Origin: Steroidobacteraceae bacterium
GTDB lineage: Bacteria > Pseudomonadota > Gammaproteobacteria > Steroidobacterales > Steroidobacteraceae
Direction of reading: 5' to 3'
Length of the DNA stretch: 64,000 nt
NCBI GenBank assembly: GCA_017853555.1
Contig: JAFMJH010000006.1
Span: forward strand, 41,585-105,584
A model generated the notes under the pieces. That model was not told where the DNA came from. It searched no databases and worked only from the letters and a program-made list of their open reading frames with translations. Below are positions 30,760 through 43,777 of this stretch, one piece after another (the first letter of the stretch is position 1; each line of letters starts with the position of its first letter). The position numbers and the translations under genes were made by a program.

Positions 30760-32777
30760 TCCGCCAACTCCAGATCGACCAGACCCTCGACCGGGTTCGC
30801 GTTGGTGACGATCACGCGCACGCTTGCCCCGATCACCAGACGTCGCCCCGTGCGCCGACCGCGCCAGGCGTGCCCGCCTGGTTCGAGCAGATATTCGTCG
30901 TCACGCAAACTCTGCAGGTGCAGCAGGCCGTCGACGTTGATGCCGCGCAACTGCACGAAGCAGCCGAACTCGACGACCGTGGTGACCAGACCTTCAAAGG
31001 TCTGTCCGATGCGCTCGCGCAGATAACTGCACTTCAAAAACGTGTCGACGTAACGGTCGGCTTCGTCGGCGCGCTTCTCGAGCCGCGACAGATCCTGCCC
31101 GAGCGGCCCGAGCTCGCCTTCGGAGTAGAGGCGGCCGGACGCATCGGCCGCGGACAAAGCCCGTTTGAGCGCGCGATGCACGACGAGGTCGGGATACCGT
31201 CGGATCGGCGAGGTGAAATGCGCGTACTCGTCGAGCGCCAGCCCGAAGTGCCCGATGTTGGCCGGCTGATAGACCGCCTGCGGCATCGAACGCACCACCA
31301 GCGACTCGACGAACGGCAGATCCAGCGACTTGCCGAGTCGGTCGGTGATTTTTTTGAGATCGCGCGGCTCGACCTCCTCCGGCAACTCCGCATCGATGCC
31401 GAGTGCCGCGAGTGCGCTGATGAGATTGTCGAGCTTCTTGTCTTCGGGCACGCCGTGCACGCGGTACAAGCCCTGCGCTTTGGCCGCATGCAGGGCGCGC
31501 GCCGCGGCGACGTTGGCGAGGATCATGCACTCCTCGACCAGCTTATGGGCGTCGTTGCGCGCATAGGTGCCGATGCTCTTCACGCGCTGCTCGGCATCGA
31601 ACCCGTAGACGGGCTCGGAACTCTCGAAATCAAGCGCACCGCGCCGACCGCGCGCCTTCAGCAACACCCGATAAAGGTCCACGAGCGGCTGCAACTTCGG
31701 CAGCATCGCGCCGAGGCCGTCGCGCGCGGCCGGTTCGCCGACGAACAAGGCCGCGTACGCGCGCGTGTAGGTGAGGCGCAAATGACTGCGCATGACGGCC
31801 GGAAAGAAACGGAATTTCTGCAGCTTGCCGGTGCGCGAGACCACCATGTCGACCGCAAAACACAGGCGATCGACTTCGGGCTCGAGCGAGCACAGATGGT
31901 TCGACAGCGCGGTCGGCAACATCGGCAACACGCGCTGCGGAAAATAGACGGACGTGCCGCGCTCGCGCGCCTCGCGATCGAGCGCGGTATCCGTTCGCAC
32001 GTAGTGACTGACATCGGCGATGGCGACCACGAGCCGAAACCCGTCGGGCAAGGCTTCGGCATACACGGCGTCATCGAAGTCGCGCGCATCCTCGCCATCG
32101 ATGGTGACGAGCGGCAGCGTACGCAAATCTTCGCGCCCTTGCGCCTCGCGCGCATCGACGGCATCGCCGAACGTTTCCGCCTCGCGCAGCACTGCGGCAG
32201 GAAATTCGGTGGGCAGCGCATGTCGCGCGATCGCCGACTCGCAGGCGAGTTCGAGCGGCCGATCCGGATCGAGACGGCGAACGACTTCGGCCACTGCGCC
32301 ACGATGCGCATCGGGATAGCGCGTGACGCGCGCAATCACCCAATCGCCCGCGTGCGCGCCGTCGGCGCGCTCGGCGGGCAACTGGCAGCGCAGCGCGAGA
32401 CGTCGATCGACCGCGTGCACGTACAGCGTGCGACCGATCGCCTCGACGGTACCGAGGAATGCGCTGACGCCACGCGCCAGCACGGCTTGCACTTCACCGG
32501 AGAGACGACCATCGTGACCGCGCGTGACTTCGACGCGCACCCGGTCACCGGAGATCAACGTCGCCATTTGCGGCGGCGGCAGAAAGACGCTGTCCTGCTG
32601 TCCTTCGACGCGAACGAAGCCGAAGCCGTGACGATGTGCCGTGACGACGCCCTCGACGCTGCCAGTCGCCGTCCCGCCCCCGCGGCGCGGTGCGCTCTTG
32701 CGAGCCGGCGGCAGGCTGCGCTTGCCCTGGTGTCGTCTTGGCGGCTTCATTGACAGTGCGGGCGCCCCTGCGTACAT
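30756..32777 (-). CDS. rnr: Ribonuclease R, short form (CSD-RNB-S1 core only)
   Basis: RNB catalytic region (DGEDARDFDDAVY, FTSPIRRYPDLVVHR), CSD-like GVVTAHRHGFGFVRVEG and a C-terminal S1 domain. The ATG at 32777 has AAGGGGGG 7 nt upstream. ATG 32750 is an alternative start. Confidence 0.93.
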   Translation of the reverse strand: MYAGAPALSMKPPRRHQGKRSLPPARKSAPRRGGGTATGSVEGVVTAHRHGFGFVRVEGQQDSVFLPPPQMATLISGDRVRVEVTRGHDGRLSGEVQAVLARGVSAFLGTVEAIGRTLYVHAVDRRLALRCQLPAERADGAHAGDWVIARVTRYPDAHRGAVAEVVRRLDPDRPLELACESAIARHALPTEFPAAVLREAETFGDAVDAREAQGREDLRTLPLVTIDGEDARDFDDAVYAEALPDGFRLVVAIADVSHYVRTDTALDREARERGTSVYFPQRVLPMLPTALSNHLCSLEPEVDRLCFAVDMVVSRTGKLQKFRFFPAVMRSHLRLTYTRAYAALFVGEPAARDGLGAMLPKLQPLVDLYRVLLKARGRRGALDFESSEPVYGFDAEQRVKSIGTYARNDAHKLVEECMILANVAAARALHAAKAQGLYRVHGVPEDKKLDNLISALAALGIDAELPEEVEPRDLKKITDRLGKSLDLPFVESLVVRSMPQAVYQPANIGHFGLALDEYAHFTSPIRRYPDLVVHRALKRALSAADASGRLYSEGELGPLGQDLSRLEKRADEADRYVDTFLKCSYLRERIGQTFEGLVTTVVEFGCFVQLRGINVDGLLHLQSLRDDEYLLEPGGHAWRGRRTGRRLVIGASVRVIVTNANPVEGLVDLELAE

Positions 32778-32778
32778 T
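32750..32778 (+). promoter_or_regulatory. Candidate strong sigma70 promoter of tRNA-Leu: TTGACA-17 nt-TACATT with a GC-rich discriminator
   Basis: Hexamers read directly at 32750-32755 and 32773-32778, 14 nt before the mature tRNA 5' end. Confidence 0.6.
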
Positions 32779-32792
32779 TCGCCGCCCCCCTT

Positions 32793-32877
<85 letters not shown>

Positions 32878-32879
32878 TC

Positions 32880-35407
<2,528 letters not shown>

Positions 35408-36277
35408 TCAGCGCTTACCTTCGGAACCGCGCAGGTAACGGAAGAACTCGCTGTCGGGCGAAATGACCAGCATGTCGCCCTCCTTGCCCAAAGAATTCTT
35501 GTATGCCTGGATGCTGCGATAGAAGGCGTAGAACTCGGGATTGCGACCGAACGAGGCGTTGTAGATCGACGCCGCCTTGGCATCGCCTTCACCGCGAATC
35601 TTGAGCGCGTCGCGCGACGCCGCCGAAATGATTTCAGTGCGCTTGCGGTCCGCTTCGGCGCGGATGCGCAACGCGTCCTTTTCGCCTTCGCCGCGCAACT
35701 GGCGCGCGAGTCGGCCGAAACTCTGCTGCATGCTCGCGTACACGCGACTTTCGACATCCGGCGGCAAGCCGATCTTCTGCACGCGCGCGTCGATCAATTC
35801 GAGCCCGAGGCTCTCGACGGTCTTGCTGGCACGATCGAACATGTCACCCGTGAACGCGGTCCGCTCGGCCGACACGATCTGCTGCAAAGTGCGCTGCGCG
35901 ACGGCGTTCTTGATGCCGTCTTTGACGATGTCCGAGAGCCGCTGACCCGCCGCACCCTGATCGATGCCGAAGGCCTGCGAGTAGCGCGCGGCATCTTTGA
36001 TGCGCCATTTGACGTAGTAGTCGACGATCAGACCGCGGTTTTCGCTGGTGAGGAAGGTCTCACCTTCGAAGCTCTGCGAGACGATGCGGCGCTCGAACTT
36101 GCGCACCGTGTCGATCGGCCATTTGAAGTGGACGCCGGGGCCGTAGCCCGTGCCGACGATCTCGCGGAACTGCGTGCGGATCGCCAACTCGTTTTCGGTG
36201 ACCGTGAACACGCAGAAACTGCCGAGCAACACGGCGGCCGCGAGCACGGTGAGGGTACGTTGCAAAGTCTGATTCAT
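35408..36277 (-). CDS. hflC: Protease modulator HflC (SPFH/band 7)
   Basis: MNQTLQRTLTVLAAAVLLGSFCVFTVTENELAIRTQF. ATG 36277 immediately follows the hflK stop. Confidence 0.93.
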   Translation of the reverse strand: MNQTLQRTLTVLAAAVLLGSFCVFTVTENELAIRTQFREIVGTGYGPGVHFKWPIDTVRKFERRIVSQSFEGETFLTSENRGLIVDYYVKWRIKDAARYSQAFGIDQGAAGQRLSDIVKDGIKNAVAQRTLQQIVSAERTAFTGDMFDRASKTVESLGLELIDARVQKIGLPPDVESRVYASMQQSFGRLARQLRGEGEKDALRIRAEADRKRTEIISAASRDALKIRGEGDAKAASIYNASFGRNPEFYAFYRSIQAYKNSLGKEGDMLVISPDSEFFRYLRGSEGKR

Positions 36278-36278
36278 G

Positions 36279-37415
36279 TCAGCGCTCCACTCGCGTGCGC
36301 GGATCACCCGACGCGGCGTCCGGATCGGCACCCGCACCGCCGGCGGCGGAGCGCGGCGCACTGATGACGGTTTCGCCGTCGCGTGCCTGCGACTGCTGCT
36401 TTTCGACCAGCTTGTCGAGCGGCAGATAGATCATGCTGCCGTTGCCCTTGGCATCGACGAACACTTTCTTCGAGCGCGAGAGAACGTTCTCGATTCCTTC
36501 GATGTAGAGACGATCACGCGTCACTTTGGGCGACGCTTGATAGGCGGCGAGCAGCGCACCGAAGCGCGCCGCCTCACCTTCGGCGACCGCCACGACCTGC
36601 GCGCGGTAGCCCTCGGCTTCCTGCAATTGGCGCGAAGCGGCACCTTCGGCCACCGGCAGAATGCCGCTCGAATACGCCTCGGCTTCTTTCACGAGACGCT
36701 CTTTGTCGGCGAGCGCCTTGTTGGCGTCGCGCTGCGATTCCTGCACGTCCGCGGGCACCTGGATGTCGGTGAGGTTGACGCTCGTGATGAAGATGCCGGC
36801 ACCGTACTGGTCGAGGGTGCGCTGGATGAGCTCTTTGGTGCGGGTGGTCACCTGCTCGCGGTTCGAGACGAAGATGGTCTCGAGCGTGCTGCGACCGACC
36901 ACCTCGCGAATCGCCATTTCGCCGACGTCGCGCAAAGTCTGCTCGGGATCTTTCACCTGGAACAAATATTTGACCGGGTCGCGCAACTGGTACTGCACGG
37001 CGAGCGACATGTCGACCAGGTTGATGTCCTGGGTCAACACTTTGGCGGTGTAGTTGACGCTGCTGACTTTCTGCGTGTTGACCTTGGTCAATCGTTCGAC
37101 CGGCCACATGTGGAAGCCGAGACCCGGGTCACGCACCGAGACGAACTTGCCGAAACGCTGGATGACACCGCGTTCGGCTTGGTCGATGGTGAAGAAACAT
37201 TGGTACGCCCACAGGGCGATGATGATGCCGACCACCATCAGGAGCTGTGATCGGTTCTCCCCCGGCGGCTCACCGGCGTCGTCCGCACCCGCACCCTTCA
37301 GGATGTTCTCCAGCTTGCGCTGGAAATTTTTGAAGGCGTCGTCCCCGCGTCCGTCTTTCGACGAGCGTCGACCCCAAGGGTTGTTCGGGCTGCCGCCCGG
37401 CTGATTCCATGCCAT
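36279..37415 (-). CDS. hflK: Protease modulator HflK (SPFH/band 7)
   Basis: MAWNQPGGSPNNPWGRR... N-terminus, TM helix and SPFH domain. Confidence 0.95.
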   Translation of the reverse strand: MAWNQPGGSPNNPWGRRSSKDGRGDDAFKNFQRKLENILKGAGADDAGEPPGENRSQLLMVVGIIIALWAYQCFFTIDQAERGVIQRFGKFVSVRDPGLGFHMWPVERLTKVNTQKVSSVNYTAKVLTQDINLVDMSLAVQYQLRDPVKYLFQVKDPEQTLRDVGEMAIREVVGRSTLETIFVSNREQVTTRTKELIQRTLDQYGAGIFITSVNLTDIQVPADVQESQRDANKALADKERLVKEAEAYSSGILPVAEGAASRQLQEAEGYRAQVVAVAEGEAARFGALLAAYQASPKVTRDRLYIEGIENVLSRSKKVFVDAKGNGSMIYLPLDKLVEKQQSQARDGETVISAPRSAAGGAGADPDAASGDPRTRVER

Positions 37416-37439
37416 AGTTTTTAGCGCCGAATGAGTGAC

Positions 37440-38798
37440 TTACGCGTGGCGCGTAGAGGGGAGCAATTGTAGGTACCCGCCGTCTGCCGCACAAGGTTGC
37501 TGCGCCGTCGCCGGCATCGCCTCCTCGAGCACTTCGACGCCCGGGATACGTGCGAGTTCCGCAGCCTCGGACTCGGGCAAATCGGCGACGAACTCGATGC
37601 TGCCGTCGTCGGCCGGCGTCTCGCGGCGCACCACGCCCGCGGCGAACAAGCGCGCACGCAACGCACCCGCGTGTCTTGCCGGCACCCGCACGCGACGCAG
37701 ACGCGCAAAGCGCGCCAGGCGCTCGGCCACGGCACCGAGCAGCGCGTCGAGACCCAAACCGCGCGCGGCAGAAATCCAGACGTTGCGTACCTCGCCTTCG
37801 CCGTCGCGATCGACGTGCGGCTGCACCTCGAGACGATCGATCTTGTTGTACACGCGAATCTGCGGCAGATCCCCCGCCCCGACTTCCTCGAGGACGGCGT
37901 TCACCTGCTCGATGCGCTCGTCACGTCGCGGATCGCTGGCGTCGATGACGTGCAACAGCAAAGTCGCCTCACGCGCCTCGGTGAGGGTCGATTGGAAGGC
38001 CGCGACGAGTTCGTGCGGCAACTCGCGGATGAACCCCACCGTGTCGGCGACGACAATCGGACTGCCGCCCGGCAGACCCACGCGTCGCACGAGCGGATCG
38101 AGCGTCGCGAACAATTGATCCGCGACATACGCGTTGGCACCCGTGAGCGCACGGAACAGCGTCGATTTGCCCGCATTGGTGTAGCCGACCAGCGCGACCG
38201 ACGGAATCGGGATTTCCACGCGTCGCGCCCTACCGGTCTCGCGCTGCTGCTTGAGTTTTTCGAGACGCCGCCCGAGCACTCGCACGCGCTCGCCCAACAA
38301 ACGACGATCGGTTTCGAGCTGCGTTTCACCGGGGCCGCGCATGCCGATGCCGCCACCACCCTGACGTTCGAGGTGCGTCCAGCCGCGCACGAGGCGGCTC
38401 GACAAATGTCGCAGTTGCGCAAGCTCGACCTCGAGCTTGCCTTCGTGGCTGCGCGCACGCTGCGCAAAGATATCGAGGATGAGCGCGCTGCGATCGAGCA
38501 CGCGCAAGCCGATCAATTTTTCGAGATTGCGCTCCTGACTCGGCGACAGACCGTGATCGACGAGCACCACTTCGGCACAGCAATCGACGGCCACGCGCTT
38601 GATTTCTTCGGCCTTGCCGCTGCCGACAAAATATTTGGGATCGGGGCGAACACGCCGCCCGGTGACCGTGGCGGCCGGTTGCACGCCCGCCGACTCGGCC
38701 AACTGCGCGAACTCATCGAGGTCTTCCTGCTCGACGGGCGCACCGAGCCCGACGCGCACCAGCACGGCTCGCTCGCCGCCGCGCGGCCGCTCAAACAC
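37440..38798 (-). CDS. hflX: Ribosome-associated GTPase HflX
   Basis: G1 motif GYTNAGKSTLF, DTVGFI and NKID. Lies downstream of hfq. Confidence 0.96.
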   Translation of the reverse strand: MFERPRGGERAVLVRVGLGAPVEQEDLDEFAQLAESAGVQPAATVTGRRVRPDPKYFVGSGKAEEIKRVAVDCCAEVVLVDHGLSPSQERNLEKLIGLRVLDRSALILDIFAQRARSHEGKLEVELAQLRHLSSRLVRGWTHLERQGGGGIGMRGPGETQLETDRRLLGERVRVLGRRLEKLKQQRETGRARRVEIPIPSVALVGYTNAGKSTLFRALTGANAYVADQLFATLDPLVRRVGLPGGSPIVVADTVGFIRELPHELVAAFQSTLTEAREATLLLHVIDASDPRRDERIEQVNAVLEEVGAGDLPQIRVYNKIDRLEVQPHVDRDGEGEVRNVWISAARGLGLDALLGAVAERLARFARLRRVRVPARHAGALRARLFAAGVVRRETPADDGSIEFVADLPESEAAELARIPGVEVLEEAMPATAQQPCAADGGYLQLLPSTRHA

Positions 38799-38804
38799 GT
38801 GCGG

Positions 38805-39062
38805 TCATTCGATCGCGGGGTCCACGCCACCCTCGGGCTCTTCGGGCGACGGCAAGCGCACGTTGCGCGCCGGGACGACGGTCGAAATGGCGTGCTTGTA
38901 GACCATCTGGTTGACGCTGTTCTTGAGCAGCACCACGAATTGGTCGAAGGAGTCGATCTGCCCTTGCAACTTGATTCCGTTCACGAGGTAGATCGAGACC
39001 GGAACACGCTCCTTGCGCAGCTGGTTCAGGAAGGGATCCTGCAGGGACTGGCCTTTGGCCAT
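38805..39062 (-). CDS. hfq: RNA chaperone Hfq
   Basis: [57 protein letters not shown] upstream of ATG 39062. Confidence 0.98.
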   Translation of the reverse strand: MAKGQSLQDPFLNQLRKERVPVSIYLVNGIKLQGQIDSFDQFVVLLKNSVNQMVYKHAISTVVPARNVRLPSPEEPEGGVDPAIE

Positions 39063-39207
39063 GACGTTCTCCTTATTGTTCGGCGGGTCTTGGTTTTTTG
39101 GTGTCGTGCGACCACCCCGCTCGGGTGGCGACGGCAGCCCTCCATGACCCGCCCGCGCCCGATTTGGGTAGCTCTCTACCTTCAAGACCGATTCTAACTG
39201 AAAAAGT

Positions 39208-40146
39208 TCAGCCGACCGTGGGCTTGCACACGCTGGAAACCGCCGTCAGCCAGCGCGTCCGAGCATCGGGCGCCAAGGGATCGAACCGGAGCCAACCGGG
39301 GTCGGAGTTGATCCAGGTCAGCTGGCGTTTGGCCAATTGGCGGGTGGCGGCGACCGCCCGGCTCGAGGCCTCGGCCAAGTCGTACCGCCCCTCGAGGTGC
39401 TCCCACAGCTGCCGATAGCCGACCGCCCGCAGCGACGGCGCGAGGGCCGTGAGCCCGGGGCGGCTGCGCAGGGCGCGAACCTCCTCGAGAAAGCCGTCGG
39501 CCAGCATCTGCTGCCAACGAGCCGCGATGCGTGCGTGCAAAGCCGCACGGTCGGCGGGCACGAACGCATGGCGCAGCAAATGCAGTCCGTGCGCCGGCGC
39601 GGTATCGCGCTGCCAGACGCTGATCGGCACGCCGGTGCTGCGATAGACCTCGAGGGCGCGCTGGATGCGCTGCGGGTCGTTGGCGTGGATGCGCGCTGCC
39701 GCGGCCGGATCGACGTTCGCGAGTTCGGCGTGCAACGCGGGCCAACCGCGCGTCGCCGCCTCGCGATCAATCGCGGCGCGTACGGCCGCATCGGCGGCCG
39801 GCAAGGGTGCGATGCCGTGCACGAAGGCGTTGAAGTACAGCATCGTCCCGCCCACCAGCACCGGCAGCTTGCCGCGCGCGCGGATCGCATCGATCGCGGC
39901 CAAGGCGGCCGCGACGAATTCACCGGCGCTGAAGCGTTCGGTCGGATCGCGCAGATCGAGCAGATGATGCGGCACGCTTGCGCGCGTGGCCGCGTCGGGT
40001 TTGGCCGAGCCGATGTCGAAGCCGCGATAAACCTGCGCGGAATCCACGCTGACGATTTCGATCGGCAGCTGCGCGGCGAGTGCGAGCGCGAAATCGCTTT
40101 TGCCGCTCGCGGTCGGACCGCAGAGCAAAATCGCGTCAACGACCAC
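39208..40146 (-). CDS. miaA: tRNA dimethylallyltransferase MiaA
   Basis: P-loop GPTASGKS and VGGTMLYF. Confidence 0.95.
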   Translation of the reverse strand: MVVDAILLCGPTASGKSDFALALAAQLPIEIVSVDSAQVYRGFDIGSAKPDAATRASVPHHLLDLRDPTERFSAGEFVAAALAAIDAIRARGKLPVLVGGTMLYFNAFVHGIAPLPAADAAVRAAIDREAATRGWPALHAELANVDPAAAARIHANDPQRIQRALEVYRSTGVPISVWQRDTAPAHGLHLLRHAFVPADRAALHARIAARWQQMLADGFLEEVRALRSRPGLTALAPSLRAVGYRQLWEHLEGRYDLAEASSRAVAATRQLAKRQLTWINSDPGWLRFDPLAPDARTRWLTAVSSVCKPTVG

Positions 40147-41890
40147 GCAGGAACAACTGGTCGAGTTGCGCGAGCGAAATCGTCGTCCACGTCGGACGCC
40201 CGTGATTGCACTGCCCCGCGCGTTCGGTCGCTTCCATGTCGCGCAGCAAGGCGTTCATCTCGGCGAGCGTGAGCTTGCGATTGGCGTGGATCGCGCTGCG
40301 ACAGGCGAGATTGCCGAGCAAGCCATGGGCTGCCGATTCGAGATGGTGCGTGCCGCCATCGCCCTGCAGATCACGCAACACCTCGCGTACCAGCGGCGCC
40401 ACCGCGACGCCGGCGAGCAACGCCGGCACCGCACGCACCGCCAGACGCCCCGGTGCAAGCACGTCGATTTCGAAACCCGCCCGATCGAAGTCCTCGATCA
40501 CCTCGGCGAGCGCATCGGTCTCGTGCGCCGCGAGTTCCACGATTTGCGGCTCGAGCAGACGCTGCATCGCCGGTTGCGCACCGAAGTCGCGCTTCATGCG
40601 CTCGTAAAGCACGCGTTCGTGCGCCGCATGCGCATCCACCAGCACGAGGCCCGCCGCGTTCTGCGCGAGTATGTACACGCCGTGCAATTGCGCCACCGCA
40701 GTGCCGAGCGCGCCGTCTTCATGCTGCGATGGCGTCGACGCCGCAAGCGGCGGCAGATCGGGTTCGGCACTGCGCGGCGACGGATCGCGCAGCAGCGGCA
40801 AACCGAGATCGGCTTGCTGCGGCGCGGCGTAGCCGGCTTGCGCCTCCTGCACGGCCAGCCCGAGCGCAGGCATCGGCGGCGGCGGCGACTCACCCGCCCC
40901 GACACCGAGCGCATCGTGCACGCTGCGAAACACGAACTCGTGAATCTGGCGTGCATCCCGGAAGCGCACTTCGAGTTTTTGCGGATGCGCATTCACGTCG
41001 ACGGCCGCCGGATCGAGTTCGAGGTAGAGCAGGTACGCCGGTTGTCGGCCGTGATACAGCACGTCGCGGTAACCGACGCGCACGGCGTTGGCGAGCATGC
41101 GATCGCGCACCGCCCGACCATTCACGTAACAAAATTGTTGATCGCTGCTCGCGCGTGCCGCCTGCGGTTTGCCGATCCAACCCCAAAGACGCACCCCACC
41201 CGACCGGCGATCGACCGGCAGCGCCTCGACGCTGAACTCGTCGCCCATCACCTCCGCGATGCGCATCCGCTGCTGCGAGGCCGAAGTCGCCAGCGGCGCA
41301 TCGAGCAAGGTGCGGCCGTGACTGCGCAGACGAAACGCGACATCGAAGCGCGCGAGCGCATAGCGCTCGACGAGTTTCACGATATGGCTCTGCTCGGTGC
41401 TTTCGCTGCGCAAAAATTTGCGACGCGCGGGCGTATTGAAGAAAAGATCACGCACTTCGACCAAAGTGCCGCGCGGTTGCGGCGACGGCGCCAGCGGCAT
41501 GACCTCGCCGCCCTCGACGCGCACCTCTGCACCGCGCACCGCGCCCGCCGCCCGACTCGCCACTCGCAGGCGCGCGACGCTGCCGATGGACGGCAACGCT
41601 TCGCCGCGAAAACCGAGCGTGACGATCGCGCCGAGATCGTCCAGGTTGGCGATCTTGCTGGTCGCGTGGCGCTGCACCGCCAAGGGCAGCTCCTGCTCAT
41701 CGATGCCGGAGCCGTCATCGAGCACGCGCACCAGCGCACTGCCGCCCGCTTCGATGTCGATGTCGATCGACTGCGCGCCCGCATCGAGCGCGTTCTCGAT
41801 CAGTTCTTTGACGAGCGACGCCGGGCGCTCGACCACCTCGCCTGCGGCGATCTGGTCGATGAGGGGTCCGGGGAGTAGTCGAATCGTCAT
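40136..41890 (-). CDS. mutL: DNA mismatch repair protein MutL
   Basis: [48 protein letters not shown]. Confidence 0.97.
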   Translation of the reverse strand: MTIRLLPGPLIDQIAAGEVVERPASLVKELIENALDAGAQSIDIDIEAGGSALVRVLDDGSGIDEQELPLAVQRHATSKIANLDDLGAIVTLGFRGEALPSIGSVARLRVASRAAGAVRGAEVRVEGGEVMPLAPSPQPRGTLVEVRDLFFNTPARRKFLRSESTEQSHIVKLVERYALARFDVAFRLRSHGRTLLDAPLATSASQQRMRIAEVMGDEFSVEALPVDRRSGGVRLWGWIGKPQAARASSDQQFCYVNGRAVRDRMLANAVRVGYRDVLYHGRQPAYLLYLELDPAAVDVNAHPQKLEVRFRDARQIHEFVFRSVHDALGVGAGESPPPPMPALGLAVQEAQAGYAAPQQADLGLPLLRDPSPRSAEPDLPPLAASTPSQHEDGALGTAVAQLHGVYILAQNAAGLVLVDAHAAHERVLYERMKRDFGAQPAMQRLLEPQIVELAAHETDALAEVIEDFDRAGFEIDVLAPGRLAVRAVPALLAGVAVAPLVREVLRDLQGDGGTHHLESAAHGLLGNLACRSAIHANRKLTLAEMNALLRDMEATERAGQCNHGRPTWTTISLAQLDQLFLRGR

Positions 41891-41900
41891 GCGACGATTC
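41881..41900 (-). promoter_or_regulatory. Perfect 8-bp/4-nt-loop hairpin enclosing the mutL start codon
   Basis: The minus-strand RNA reads GAAUCGUC-GCAU-GACGAUUC. The AU of the AUG is in the loop, and the G plus codons 2-3 are in the 3' arm. Confidence 0.5.
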
Positions 41901-41945
41901 TAGGTGCTGGCGCGCGCCGGGGACAGAGCGCGTGCGACGAAGACT

Positions 41946-43238
41946 TTACAACGCGCCTTGCGCGCCGCCGTCGGCATCCTTGGTGGTCGCGACGACCGTG
42001 CGTTCGGCGTTGCGCTCGAGCGCGAAGCGCGTGCCTTCGGGCGGATGATCGACGAAATAGTTGCGCACGCCCTTGAAGATTGCAGTGGCGATGTCCTGCT
42101 GCCGCGCCGGGTCTTTGAGTTTGCGCTCGTCCGAATTGTTCGAGATGAACGCCGTCTCGACCAACATCGACGGAATGTCGGGACTCTTCAACACCACGAA
42201 CCCGGCCTGCTGCACGCGCGGACGGTGCACTTCATGCACCTCGCGCATGGCGGTGAGGACGCGTTCGGCCGCTTGCATGCTGTAGCCGATCTGCGCCGAC
42301 TGCGTGAGATCGACGAGCACCGACGCGAGCACCGGATCTTTGTCATCGAGCGAGACACCGCCGACGAGATCGGCGGCGTTTTCACGATCGGCGAGCCAGC
42401 GTGCCTGCTCGTCGGTCGCACCCTTCTCGGACAGCACGTACACCGAAGAACCCGACACCTGCGGATCGCGCACCGAATCGGCATGCACCGACACGAACAA
42501 CATCGCACCGGCTTCGCGCGCCCGCTTGATGCGTTGGCGCAGCGTCAAAAAATAATCGCCTTCGCGCGTCATCACCGCACGCATGCCGGGCTCGGCATTG
42601 ATGCGCGCAGCAAGCTGCCGCGCGATCTCGAGCACGACGTCTTTTTCATACGTACCCGCACGACCGATCGCCCCGGAGTCCTGACCGCCGTGCCCCGCAT
42701 CGACGGCGATCACGACGTCACGCGATTTCTTGCCGGGGTCGTGCGCGATGTTGACGGGTTTGAGCGCCGGCTCGGCGCCAACACTTTTTGACGCAACCGC
42801 CACGCTTGGCGTGGCGCCGGCCGAGTCGTTCTTGCGCGCCACTGGCGTGCCGCGCAATTCGAGTTCGAATTTGCGCTCGGAACCTTTGACGGCCTGTGCA
42901 CGAAACACGACGCCCGGGGCGAGATCGAGCACGAGACGCGCCGTGCCACCAGGGCGCACGCCCGCACGAATCGCTTTGACGTAGCCGTTGGCGGCAGGAA
43001 GAAGCGATTTCGAGGGCACCGCCGTCGACCGCAAGTCGATGACCGCGCGCGACGGCGCATCGAGCGCGAGCGTCTCCGCCGCCACCGGGCGCGACAACTC
43101 GAGCACCACGCGCAGCACGCCGGGCTCCTCACGGAAACTGAGCGACTCGAGCCGTGCTGGTTCGACCGCCACGGCAGGCAGCGGCAACAGGAGCAGTCCC
43201 AGGGACAACCAGAACGAGCGCAGCAGACGACGGGTCAT
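41946..43238 (-). CDS. amiB: N-acetylmuramoyl-L-alanine amidase with N-terminal AMIN domain (AmiB/AmiC type)
   Basis: Signal peptide MTRRLLRSFWLSLGLLLLPLPAVA, AMIN-like LRVVLELSRPV and Amidase_3 motifs VIAVDAGHGGQDSGA and SVHADS. Same position as amiB in E. coli and Pseudomonas. Confidence 0.9.
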   Translation of the reverse strand: MTRRLLRSFWLSLGLLLLPLPAVAVEPARLESLSFREEPGVLRVVLELSRPVAAETLALDAPSRAVIDLRSTAVPSKSLLPAANGYVKAIRAGVRPGGTARLVLDLAPGVVFRAQAVKGSERKFELELRGTPVARKNDSAGATPSVAVASKSVGAEPALKPVNIAHDPGKKSRDVVIAVDAGHGGQDSGAIGRAGTYEKDVVLEIARQLAARINAEPGMRAVMTREGDYFLTLRQRIKRAREAGAMLFVSVHADSVRDPQVSGSSVYVLSEKGATDEQARWLADRENAADLVGGVSLDDKDPVLASVLVDLTQSAQIGYSMQAAERVLTAMREVHEVHRPRVQQAGFVVLKSPDIPSMLVETAFISNNSDERKLKDPARQQDIATAIFKGVRNYFVDHPPEGTRFALERNAERTVVATTKDADGGAQGAL

Positions 43239-43246
43239 GGGGCGCG

Positions 43247-43276
43247 AATGTACGCGACTAAGGGTAATAAATTCAA
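43247..43276 (-). promoter_or_regulatory. Candidate sigma70 promoter for amiB: TTGAAT-18 nt-TACATT in a locally AT-rich spacer
   Basis: Hexamers read on the minus strand: -35 at 43276-43271 and -10 at 43252-43247. Confidence 0.35.
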
Positions 43277-43303
43277 CGAAATTAATGTTTTGTGACCGAC
43301 AAC

Positions 43304-43777
43304 TCAGAACGAGCCTGAAAGCCAAAGGACCCCGAGGGGCGTCCCGGCCTCGATCCGGACGCTATGACCTTCGTCACCCACCTCGAACCGCAGTGCGAGA
43401 TCGGCCAGCGGCAGCCGATCGGCGGCCCGCTCAGGCCATTCGACCAGCCAGATCGCATCAGGCTGATCGTAATCGCGCAGGCCCAGCGCCGTGACCTCCT
43501 CGGGATCGCGCAGTCGATAGAGATCGAGATGCAACACCCGACGAGCGGCAAGCTCATAGGTCTCGAGCAGCGCATAACTCGGACTACGCACCGAACCCTC
43601 GACGCCAAGCGCACGCAGAAAACCGCGCACCAGCGTGGTCTTGCCCGCACCGAGCTCGCCACTCAAGGTGACGCACAACGCATGGTTCGACGTCGCCGGC
43701 ACGGCACCCGCCAATTGCGCGCCCAGGGCGAGCGTGTCGTCCTCGCAAGGCAAAGAAATCGCGCGTTGCGCGGTCAC
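43304..43777 (-). CDS. tsaE: tRNA t6A37 biosynthesis ATPase TsaE
   Basis: LSGELGAGKTTLVRGFLRALG. GTG 43777 overlaps the nnr stop (GTGA). Confidence 0.9.
   Translation of the reverse strand: MTAQRAISLPCEDDTLALGAQLAGAVPATSNHALCVTLSGELGAGKTTLVRGFLRALGVEGSVRSPSYALLETYELAARRVLHLDLYRLRDPEEVTALGLRDYDQPDAIWLVEWPERAADRLPLADLALRFEVGDEGHSVRIEAGTPLGVLWLSGSF

Noticed and set aside
39113-39129. Hairpin CCACCC-cgctc-GGGTGG between miaA and hfq, as a possible miaA terminator.
   Set aside because: On the transcribed (minus) strand it is followed by an A-run, not a U-run. It is more likely just part of the hfq 5' UTR.
39161-39188. Sigma32-like promoter upstream of hfq (CTTGAAG-12 nt-CCCAAATC), by analogy with the heat-shock promoter of E. 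coli hfq.
   Set aside because: The spacer is 1-3 nt too short and the -10 matches only about half of the consensus. I consider it unsupported without transcription start data.
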